Positions 38,678 to 46,613 of a stretch of DNA of 64,000 nucleotides are shown here, piece after piece. The translations under genes were made by a program, and so were the position numbers. Within the stretch, counting starts at the first letter, position 1. Each line of letters begins with the position of its first letter. The notes under the pieces are model-generated. The model made no database searches. It was not told the origin of the DNA and saw only the letters and a program-made list of their open reading frames with translations. The stretch comes from Clostridia bacterium (GTDB taxonomy: Bacteria; Bacillota; Clostridia; Peptostreptococcales; Anaerovoracaceae): NCBI GenBank assembly GCA_024403115.1, contig JAKSSL010000003.1, forward strand, positions 8,031-72,030. The letters are read 5' to 3'.

Positions 38678-39399
38678 TGAAAGTGGTAGAAAACTTATTT
38701 CCTGAGCTTTGCAATATATACGGAGAAAGCTACAGCGTTGAATATCTAAGCAGATGCAATGGAGATATCAAGCTGGTTCAAACCAATCACAAAGACGTTC
38801 CTGCCTTTGTTACAGAGGATGTGGATATGGTTTATCTAGGTTGCAGCTCCGAGAGAAAACAGGAACAAATTATTGAGATTTTAAAACCTTACAAGGCAAG
38901 AATTAAGGAATTAATTGACAAAGGAACTATATTCCTTGCAACAGGAAATGCCATTGAGGTTTTTGGTAAAAGTATTAAGGATGAGGATCGTGTTATTGAA
39001 GCTTTAGGCTTATTTGAATTTGATTCGGTAAGATATATGGAAGCTGAAAGACACAATTCTCAATATGTTGGAAGTTTTAAGGCAGACAATGGACCAATAA
39101 CAATGTTGGGACATAGAAGCCAATTCAGTTTCGCATATGGTGATTTTGAAAACTTCCCACATTGGTTGGACATTGAAATTGGTATAGGTATGAATAAGGA
39201 GACAAAGAGAGAAGGCATACACTACAACAACTTCTTTGCCACATATTCACTAGGACCATGTCTAATCATGAATCCGCTTTTCGCAAAATATCTATTAAGA
39301 TTAATGGATATAGATGATAGTCTATTATTTGAAAATGAGATTATGGAAGCTTATGAATACAGAAAACACGAGCTTCGTGAAAATCTAGCAAATAGCTAA
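38677..39399 (+). CDS. GatD-like CobB/CobQ-type glutamine amidotransferase-fold protein, paralog 1, without the catalytic Cys/His
   Basis: Aligns by eye to GatD through LATGNAIEVFG (canonical ..ICGGYQ.LG) and REGIHYNNFFATYSLGP (canonical EGIHY..L.GTYLHGP). The nucleophile Cys and the His are both absent. Confidence 0.75.
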   Translation: MKVVENLFPELCNIYGESYSVEYLSRCNGDIKLVQTNHKDVPAFVTEDVDMVYLGCSSERKQEQIIEILKPYKARIKELIDKGTIFLATGNAIEVFGKSIKDEDRVIEALGLFEFDSVRYMEAERHNSQYVGSFKADNGPITMLGHRSQFSFAYGDFENFPHWLDIEIGIGMNKETKREGIHYNNFFATYSLGPCLIMNPLFAKYLLRLMDIDDSLLFENEIMEAYEYRKHELRENLANS

Positions 39400-39461
39400 A
39401 TTCACAAAAACAACATATTTTCATGGTAGAATAAATAAAAAATTGTCAGAAAGGAGGGCAC

Positions 39462-40205
39462 ATGGTTAGAAAAACTAAGATACTTATGGCGTTAATCGCA
39501 GCGCTTTTAGTAGTAATTGCAGTGATTTCTATACTGTTTATTGACACTAAAAACCTATTAGAAGAAGCGCAAGCGGCAAATGCGGCATACGCTAAAACTG
39601 CGGTTAAAACTCAAAAGAAAATTGAGAAAAAGCAGGCTAAAATCGATGACGTTAAAGATAACTTGGACACTGTAAAGGACAAGAATAAGGACCTTAAGAG
39701 TGAAGTTAAGTCTTTGAAAAAAGCCAATGCTAGATTAGAAAAACAAATTGGAAAAGCAAAGGATGCTCAATATAAAGCCGAAGTTGAATTAAAAAAATAC
39801 AAGCAGAGGAAGAGTAAAATCGACAATGTAATTAACCTCGCAAAAAGTAAGCTTGGCTGCAGATATGTTCACGGCCGTTGTGGCCCATACTATTTTGACT
39901 GTCAAGGCTTCGCATGGTATGTATACCACAATACTGTAGGCTGTATTACAACTGGAGGCTGTCATAAACAATTCAATTCTGTTTCCTATGGTTATGTTTC
40001 GAATAATTTAAGTGATGCCAAAAGAGGAGATTTAATATATTTCCTTAAAGGCAGTTATTATTCTCATGTAGCCCTATATATTGGAGGCGGAAAGATTATT
40101 CACGCAACTACTGGTGGCGGATATCATAGGGTTGTAATTACTTCAATTCCTAGATCATGGGCATCATCATTTAAGGTAGTAAGGCCGATTCCAAATGTAA
40201 AATAA
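39462..40205 (+). CDS. Membrane-anchored coiled-coil NlpC/P60 family cell-wall endopeptidase
   Basis: N-terminal TM helix, about 100-aa Lys/Glu-rich coiled coil, C-terminal NlpC/P60 domain with catalytic Cys (YFDCQGF) and His (YSHVALYIGGGKIIHA). Confidence 0.85.
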   Translation: MVRKTKILMALIAALLVVIAVISILFIDTKNLLEEAQAANAAYAKTAVKTQKKIEKKQAKIDDVKDNLDTVKDKNKDLKSEVKSLKKANARLEKQIGKAKDAQYKAEVELKKYKQRKSKIDNVINLAKSKLGCRYVHGRCGPYYFDCQGFAWYVYHNTVGCITTGGCHKQFNSVSYGYVSNNLSDAKRGDLIYFLKGSYYSHVALYIGGGKIIHATTGGGYHRVVITSIPRSWASSFKVVRPIPNVK

Positions 40206-40215
40206 TGGAGATAAA

Positions 40216-41217
40216 ATGACAAAATTAACTTTTATATTAAGAAAATTAACAGATACAAATTATAAGGCAATTTTTAAAACAGCTTCAGATATTGCAAAGA
40301 TTACAGGCAAGAGCAAATTAGCTATTTTAAAGGATATGGCTGATTGCACTGCCAAATATGGTTCAGGCTACGTTGATTACAAAGACTTTAGAATGTACGA
40401 ATTAAGCCCTGAAAAGAGAGCTGAAATTCTTACAATCACAAAGAACAACGAATTGGTCAGAACTTTGAATCAAGCGGAATACAGAGACTTTTTCGAGGAT
40501 AAAGAAAAATTCAACAGAAAGTTCTCCAAGTATCTTCACAGAGAGTGGATGATAATAAATGGAGAAAACTTTGAGGAGTTTAAGGCTTTCGTAGACGGCA
40601 AGCCAGCCGTTATTGTAAAACCTTTGGGCCTATCATGTGGTAAGGGTATTGAAAAGGTTTACCCTGATCAAGAGAAGGACCTTAAGGCAACTTACGACGA
40701 GCTTTATGCTCACAACTGTATATTAGTTGAAGAGCTTGCAAAGCAATGCGACGAAATGAGCGCTTTCTGCACAACTTCAATCAATACAGTTAGATTGGTA
40801 TCAGTAATCACAAATTCTGGAGAGCCTAAGCTTTGCGCTGGCGTATTTAGAATGGGTAGAGAAGGTGCATATGTAGATAATTTCAATCACGGTGGCATAG
40901 GCGCTAATGTTGATGTTTGGAAAGGCGAAACAGCAACAGACGGCTATGACAAGGATAGAAACATCTACGAGTACACTCCAGTAACAAATCAAAAGCTTAA
41001 AGGCTTCAAAATTCCTCAATGGGAAGCTTGCGAAGCTATGGTTAAGGAAGCCGCAATGGTTGTTCCTCAAGTAAGATATGTTGCATGGGATGTTTGCATA
41101 GCTCCAGAGGGCCCATTGCTAATCGAAGGAAACAGTTATCCAGGCCAAGATTTGTCTCAATATCCTGAGTTGGGACTTGGAACTTACAAAGCGATTACAG
41201 ATGTTTTAAACAGTTGA
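40216..41217 (+). CDS. ATP-grasp ligase, 'sugar-transfer associated' (ATPgrasp_ST-like) family
   Basis: VIVKPLGLSCGKGI, VEE, NFNHGGIGANVD and WDVCIAPEGPLLIEGN match the ATP-grasp core of the alpha-L-glutamate-ligase-related group. Confidence 0.7.
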   Translation: MTKLTFILRKLTDTNYKAIFKTASDIAKITGKSKLAILKDMADCTAKYGSGYVDYKDFRMYELSPEKRAEILTITKNNELVRTLNQAEYRDFFEDKEKFNRKFSKYLHREWMIINGENFEEFKAFVDGKPAVIVKPLGLSCGKGIEKVYPDQEKDLKATYDELYAHNCILVEELAKQCDEMSAFCTTSINTVRLVSVITNSGEPKLCAGVFRMGREGAYVDNFNHGGIGANVDVWKGETATDGYDKDRNIYEYTPVTNQKLKGFKIPQWEACEAMVKEAAMVVPQVRYVAWDVCIAPEGPLLIEGNSYPGQDLSQYPELGLGTYKAITDVLNS

Positions 41218-41226
41218 TTTATAGGA

Positions 41227-41257
41227 AAGGACAAGCTTTAGACTTGTCCTTTTTTTA
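41227..41257 (+). terminator. Rho-independent terminator after the ATP-grasp gene
   Basis: AAGGACAAG-CTTTAGA-CTTGTCCTT hairpin followed by TTTTTT. Confidence 0.8.
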
Positions 41258-41277
41258 TGTGAATTTTAGGGCTTTTG

Positions 41278-41286
41278 TGGTATAAT
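41278..41286 (+). promoter_or_regulatory. Extended -10 promoter element (TGGTATAAT) for the second MurT-like/GatD-like module
   Basis: TG-N-TATAAT at 41278-41286, about 33 nt upstream of ATG 41319. Confidence 0.5.
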
Positions 41287-41318
41287 TACTATGTATAGAT
41301 ATGAATAGGAGAATGACT

Positions 41319-42695
41319 ATGGGAAAGTTAAAATTTCTTGTAGCACACTGGGCTGCAAAGGCCTCAGTTGTAGCTTTAAAAATCACAAAACACAACGGAA
41401 CAAATTTTCCAGGAGAGCTTGCAATCAAGATCTGTCCTGACTTTTTGAAATACATAGATAAGCCTGAAACTATTATTGGAGTAACAGGAACAAACGGTAA
41501 GACTACTGTATGTAATTTGCTAATTGATATGTTCACTGCTGATGGCCAGGTGCCACTTAATAACAGAGCAGGTTCCAATATTAATTCGGGCATTGCAACA
41601 AGTCTAATTCACGGAGCTAATCTATTTGGAAAATGCAAGCACAACCTAGGAGTTTTGGAAATAGATGAAAGATCAGCTTTGAGGGTATTCCCTTATGTAA
41701 AGCCAAACTACTTGATCATTACAAACCTGTTTAGAGATTCCATGAAGCGTAATGCTAACACAGAATATATTGCTGACATTTTAAGCAAATACATTCCTAA
41801 GGAGACTAAATTAGTTCTAAATGCAGATGATTTAATCTCATCAAATGTTGCACCAGAAAACCCAAGAGTATATTTTGGAATCGATAAGATGGATAGTGAC
41901 ATAAAGGAATGCACAAACCTAATCAATGATATTAGAATTTGCCCAGTATGCCATAGCAAATTGGAGTATGAGTATTTGAGATATCACCACATTGGAAAAG
42001 CACATTGCGTTTCCTGTGACTTTAAATCTCCAGGATATGACTACTGTGCAAAGAATGTAAATATAGATGATATGACCATGGAAATAGTTGATAAGGACGG
42101 TCTAGGTAACTACCGACTAATCAGCAATGGCATTCATAATATTTATAATATGGTAACTGTTATTGCACTGTTCAGAGAGCTTGGATACAAGCACGGCATT
42201 ATAGAAAAGTTAATGAGCCAAACTTCTATAGTAAAGAGCAGATATAATGCAGTACCAGCAGGCAAGGTAAGAGTAATAAATCAAATGGCCAAGGAAAACA
42301 ATGCCCTTGGATCATCGAGAGCTTTTGACTTCGTGTCCAAGGAACCTAACGACAAGGAATTGATTTTGATGATGAACTGTCTAGGTGATGAGAAACACTG
42401 GTCAGAAAATACTTGCTGGCTATATGACTGCGACTTTGAATTTCTAAACGACGAAAAGATTAAGAAGATAATTGTTACAGGACCTAGATATAAGGACTAT
42501 ATCCTGAGACTTTTAATAGCTGGAGTTGATAGAGCAAAAATCGTGGACACTGCTCATGAAATTGATGCACCAGATTTGCTGGACTTCACTCCTGGGGAAG
42601 ATATTTATGTCTTCTTTGGAACAGATTCCCTGGCTCTTGGAAACAAGGTCCTTGCCAAAACAATTGACTTGGCAAAAGAAAGGGGTGATAAGTAA
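41319..42695 (+). CDS. MurT-like Mur-ligase-family protein, paralog 2
   Basis: GTNGKTTVC, LEIDERS, FRDSMKR (MurT has FRDQMDR), VLNADDL, zinc ribbon CPVCHS..(17)..CVSC, DUF1727-type C-terminus. ATG 41319 follows TAGGAGA; the track start is 41301. Confidence 0.8.
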   Translation: MGKLKFLVAHWAAKASVVALKITKHNGTNFPGELAIKICPDFLKYIDKPETIIGVTGTNGKTTVCNLLIDMFTADGQVPLNNRAGSNINSGIATSLIHGANLFGKCKHNLGVLEIDERSALRVFPYVKPNYLIITNLFRDSMKRNANTEYIADILSKYIPKETKLVLNADDLISSNVAPENPRVYFGIDKMDSDIKECTNLINDIRICPVCHSKLEYEYLRYHHIGKAHCVSCDFKSPGYDYCAKNVNIDDMTMEIVDKDGLGNYRLISNGIHNIYNMVTVIALFRELGYKHGIIEKLMSQTSIVKSRYNAVPAGKVRVINQMAKENNALGSSRAFDFVSKEPNDKELILMMNCLGDEKHWSENTCWLYDCDFEFLNDEKIKKIIVTGPRYKDYILRLLIAGVDRAKIVDTAHEIDAPDLLDFTPGEDIYVFFGTDSLALGNKVLAKTIDLAKERGDK

Positions 42696-43432
42696 TGAAA
42701 ATTGAAGTATTATTCCCTGAGATTTGCAATCTTTTTGGAGAACTAGCAAACATTAGATATTTGGAATCCAGCTTAAAGGAAAGCGGTGAGTTTTACGAAA
42801 TTACATACACTTCCTTGAAGGATGAACCTTTATTTGCCAGTGAAAAACCGGATTTAATCTACATGGGCGGAATGTCTGAGCATTCTCAAAGCCTTGTTGT
42901 AGACAAGCTTATGCCATATAGAGACAGAATTATTGACTTAATTAAGGACGACACGAATTTCCTTATCACATCAAATGCTTTGGAAATTTTCGGAGAAAGA
43001 ATCGAGTTTTGCGATGCTGACTACGAGGATATTAAAGGCCTTAGCATCTTCCCAACTGTAGCAAAGAATCAAATGTATAAAAGATTCAATTGCCTGTATT
43101 TGGGCAAGCTAGGTGATATGGAAATAGTAGGCTTTAAAAGCCAATTCGGTCATAGTTATTTGAATGGAGACAAGAACTATGAGGACCTATTTGAAACAAT
43201 AAAGGGAACAGGATTAAACCCTGAATATAAAAACGAGGGGATAAAGGTTAATGGCTTCTTGGCAACTTATGTTGTTGGACCTATCTTGGTGCTAAATCCT
43301 GATTTTACAAAGGCTTTAATGAAGAGGATGGGCGTAGGAGAACCAAAGCTGGCTTATGAAGAGGCAGCATACGAAAGCTACAATCAAAGGCTTAATGAAT
43401 ACAAGGAAGAAAATAGAGGCTTCTATTATTAG
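42695..43432 (+). CDS. GatD-like CobB/CobQ-type amidotransferase-fold protein, paralog 2, without the catalytic Cys/His
   Basis: LITSNALEIFG in place of the Cys elbow, and NEGIKVNGFLATYVVGP in place of the ..GTYLHGP His motif. TAATG overlap with the upstream ligase. Confidence 0.75.
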   Translation: MKIEVLFPEICNLFGELANIRYLESSLKESGEFYEITYTSLKDEPLFASEKPDLIYMGGMSEHSQSLVVDKLMPYRDRIIDLIKDDTNFLITSNALEIFGERIEFCDADYEDIKGLSIFPTVAKNQMYKRFNCLYLGKLGDMEIVGFKSQFGHSYLNGDKNYEDLFETIKGTGLNPEYKNEGIKVNGFLATYVVGPILVLNPDFTKALMKRMGVGEPKLAYEEAAYESYNQRLNEYKEENRGFYY

Positions 43433-43441
43433 GAGGAAACT

Positions 43442-44368
43442 ATGGGAAAGATAGTTGTATTTGGAAGTTTGAATATGGATATGAGCATTCGCTCTAACAG
43501 AATGCCTTTAGTGGGCGAGACAATATCTGGAAGCGACTTTATTCAAAACCCTGGTGGAAAGGGTGCAAACCAAGCTATGGCAGCTGCCAAGATGGGAGCA
43601 AAAACAGTAATGCTAGGTTCAGTAGGTGCAGCTCAAACAGGCATGGGTCCTGACAGCAATGGGGTGGCTTTACTAACATCCTTGAAAAAAGCAGGAGTAG
43701 ACACTAGCAGAGTAAAGACTGTTGATGGGCTAGCCACTTCAGTTGCAATAATAGTAAATGCCAATGGCAACAATGCTATTGTAATAGATTCAGAGGCAAA
43801 CTGTTCAAAGGACGTTAACACAATAATTGAAGAACTGGATGGATTAATCCAAGAGGGCGATATACTTATTACACAGAACGAATGTGATATGAACGCCTGC
43901 TATGAAGCCATTAAGTTCGCTAAGGAAAAGGGTGCAATTACAATGCATAATCCTGCACCGGCTTTAAAACCGGGAAAAGATGTTATTCCTTTCATAGATT
44001 ATTTGGTCTTAAACGAGTTGGAATGCCAAACTATTACTGGCATTTTGCCTTATGATGAATATAGCACTAAGGATGCTATTGTGGCGCTTTTGGACATGGG
44101 ATTTAAACATCCAATTATTACTTTAGGTGCCAAGGGAAGCGCAGCTATCAGCAACAAAATTGTTTTTACCATAGATGCATATCCAGTTGAAGTGGTTGAT
44201 ACTACTGCAGCAGGAGATACATATATAGGAGCTTTGGCGACTCAGCTTTTGGAAGAAAAGGACCTATATGAGGCTATGGAATTTGCTTCAAAAGCGGCTA
44301 GTTTAGCAACAACAAAGAGAGGTGCTCAAAGCGCAATACCTACAAGGGAGGAAGTAGAAAATGAGTAA
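43442..44368 (+). CDS. rbsK: Ribokinase
   Basis: PfkB family: GS.N.D, GGKGANQA, C-terminal DTT.AGD and ATTKRGAQ.S.P. Confidence 0.88.
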   Translation: MGKIVVFGSLNMDMSIRSNRMPLVGETISGSDFIQNPGGKGANQAMAAAKMGAKTVMLGSVGAAQTGMGPDSNGVALLTSLKKAGVDTSRVKTVDGLATSVAIIVNANGNNAIVIDSEANCSKDVNTIIEELDGLIQEGDILITQNECDMNACYEAIKFAKEKGAITMHNPAPALKPGKDVIPFIDYLVLNELECQTITGILPYDEYSTKDAIVALLDMGFKHPIITLGAKGSAAISNKIVFTIDAYPVEVVDTTAAGDTYIGALATQLLEEKDLYEAMEFASKAASLATTKRGAQSAIPTREEVENE

Positions 44369-45287
44369 ATTACCAATTATGATAGATACAGATCCTGGAA
44401 TAGATGATGCAGCAGCATTAGCCATTGCTCTGTTCCACCCTGATTTGGATGTAAAGCTAATAACAACAGTTGCAGGTAATGTAAGCATTGAAAAGACAAC
44501 TGCTAACGCATTGAAACTTATTGAAATGTTCGGTAAAGATGTGCCTATTGCACGTGGTTGCGAACATCCATTAGTATATGATTTAGATGATGGAAGCGAA
44601 GTTCATGGAATAACAGGTATGGATGGCTGGGTATTCCCAGAACCTGACTATTCAAGATTGATGAAGGAACATGCAGTTATTGCTATGCGTGATTTGCTTA
44701 TGGAGAGCCCTGAAGAAATCACTTTGGTAGCTATTGGACCTCTTACAAATGTGGGAATGTTGTTCAGACTTTTCCCTGAGGTTAAAGCTAAGATTAATGA
44801 AATAGTTTTGATGGGCGGTTCTGTTACTCGTGGCAACAAGACACCTACAGGAGAGTTTAACATTTATTCTGACCCTGAGGCTGCTCACATTGTATTCACA
44901 AGCGGTTTACCTATTCGCATGGTTGGTTTAGATGTTGGCTGGAAATCCTTCGTTGATGGTAAACATATGGATATGCTACCTGAGATAAACAAGGTCTGCG
45001 AAATGTTGGAAGCTACTTTCAGACATTACAGAAGCAATCAGTTTGAAAAGGGCATTGTTAATATGTATGACAGCGATGCTATTGCAGCTTTAGTAAAGCC
45101 AGAAATGTTCAAATGGGTTAATACGCATTTAGATGTAGAATTGGAAGGCAAATACGGACGTGGCCAAACAGTATGCGATTTAGATGAGCGCTATGGAAAA
45201 GCACATAATGTTACAGTCGCAGTTGATGTTAGCACTAAGGTTTTCCAAGATTGGTTTATTGAATCATTAAAGAATTGTAATATATAA
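44361..45287 (+). CDS. Nucleoside hydrolase (IUNH family)
   Basis: N-terminal fingerprint IDTDPGIDDAAAL and a conserved HD-type core. Confidence 0.88.
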   Translation: MSKLPIMIDTDPGIDDAAALAIALFHPDLDVKLITTVAGNVSIEKTTANALKLIEMFGKDVPIARGCEHPLVYDLDDGSEVHGITGMDGWVFPEPDYSRLMKEHAVIAMRDLLMESPEEITLVAIGPLTNVGMLFRLFPEVKAKINEIVLMGGSVTRGNKTPTGEFNIYSDPEAAHIVFTSGLPIRMVGLDVGWKSFVDGKHMDMLPEINKVCEMLEATFRHYRSNQFEKGIVNMYDSDAIAALVKPEMFKWVNTHLDVELEGKYGRGQTVCDLDERYGKAHNVTVAVDVSTKVFQDWFIESLKNCNI

Positions 45288-45288
45288 A

Positions 45289-45960
45289 ATGAAAATTGTT
45301 GTAATCAGTGGCAGCTCTTCTGGTCTTGGAAAAGAGCTGGCAAAACAACTTAATAAGCTGGGATATTTCATAGTGGGAATAGGAAGAGACGAGCTTAAAC
45401 TAAAGGAAACCTCCAAGGACTTGGACGATAATTACAAGTACTTTGCGGGAGACATTTCCGATGAAGCTTTTGTTAATTCTACCATAGACGAAATATATGA
45501 AATGGGACCGGTTCACTCAATTATAAACAATGCGAGCATAGGCGTGTTCAAAGCCCCTAAAGACATTAATTTGGAAGATATAGAGCTTTCAGAGAAGGGA
45601 ACTAAGGGCATGATGCTTCTTAGCGCTGCCGCTCTTCGCAAGTCTGAGGATATAAGGATAATTAATATTCTATCTACGGCTAGCAACAAGGGTAAAGCCA
45701 TGGAGTCCGCTTACTGTATGTCAAAATTTGCTCAAAAAGGATATACGGAAAGTTTGAAAGCCTATTACGAAAATGGACCAGCCCAAGTGAGCGGTGTTTA
45801 CTTAGGTGGAATGAATACCCACCTATATGATAATTCGAGAGACTATATCAGCGAGGAAAAGCAGAAATCCTTTATGGATCCAGCGGATATAGGAAGAAGG
45901 ATTGTTGAGCAGTATTTTGTGAAAGGAGAGTTTTGCGACATTGAAATTAAACGACATTAA
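45289..45960 (+). CDS. Short-chain dehydrogenase/reductase (SDR), short form
   Basis: SGSSSGLG cofactor loop, NNAS, catalytic Y..SK (AYCMSK). Confidence 0.75.
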   Translation: MKIVVISGSSSGLGKELAKQLNKLGYFIVGIGRDELKLKETSKDLDDNYKYFAGDISDEAFVNSTIDEIYEMGPVHSIINNASIGVFKAPKDINLEDIELSEKGTKGMMLLSAAALRKSEDIRIINILSTASNKGKAMESAYCMSKFAQKGYTESLKAYYENGPAQVSGVYLGGMNTHLYDNSRDYISEEKQKSFMDPADIGRRIVEQYFVKGEFCDIEIKRH

Positions 45961-46603
45961 TAGATACATGGATCATACTCTTTTAAAGCCTGATGCCACT
46001 CCAGAGCAAATAAGACAGCTTTGTGAAGAGGCTATTAAGTACGACTTTTATTCCGTTTGTGTTAACTCTTCTTATGTATCACTAGCTGAGGCATATTTAG
46101 ATGGAAGCGATGTTGAGATAGCATGCGTTGTTGGCTTCCCTTTGGGAGCTATGACCAGCGAAGCCAAGGGCTTTGAAACAATAGATGCCATAGAACATGG
46201 TGCCAATGAAATTGATATGGTAATAAACGTGGGCCGTTTAAAAGCGGGGGATACGGACTATGTCCAAAACGATATAGCCATGGTATGCCAGCTTGCTCAC
46301 GATAGAAATGCTTTAGTAAAAGTAATTATTGAAACCTGCCTTCTAAGCGATGAGGAAAAGGAATTGGCTTGCAAGCTTGCAGTAAAAGCAGGAGCTGATT
46401 ACCTTAAGACATCCACTGGTTTTGCAGGTGGCGGTGCTACTGTGGAAGACGTAGCTTTAATGAAAAAAGCTGTTGGAGACCATGTGGGAGTTAAAGCCTC
46501 AGGCGGCATTAGAGATTATGAAACTGCAGTTAAAATGATTGAAGCAGGAGCTACTCGTTTGGGAACAAGCGCTTCTGTAAATATAATAAAAGAATTAGAT
46601 TAA
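45941..46603 (+). CDS. deoC: Deoxyribose-phosphate aldolase
   Basis: DHTLLKP, the Schiff-base lysine context (DYLKTSTGF), and [12 protein letters not shown] start overlaps the SDR 3' end. Confidence 0.9.
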   Translation: MKLNDINRYMDHTLLKPDATPEQIRQLCEEAIKYDFYSVCVNSSYVSLAEAYLDGSDVEIACVVGFPLGAMTSEAKGFETIDAIEHGANEIDMVINVGRLKAGDTDYVQNDIAMVCQLAHDRNALVKVIIETCLLSDEEKELACKLAVKAGADYLKTSTGFAGGGATVEDVALMKKAVGDHVGVKASGGIRDYETAVKMIEAGATRLGTSASVNIIKELD

Positions 46604-46613
46604 GGAGAATGAA

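Noticed and set aside
39400-39461. A possible internal promoter (TGGTAGAAT extended -10-like) upstream of the NlpC/P60 gene.
   Set aside because: There is no acceptable -35 and the -10 is imperfect. This cannot be distinguished from chance in AT-rich DNA, so co-transcription with the upstream pair remains the simpler reading.
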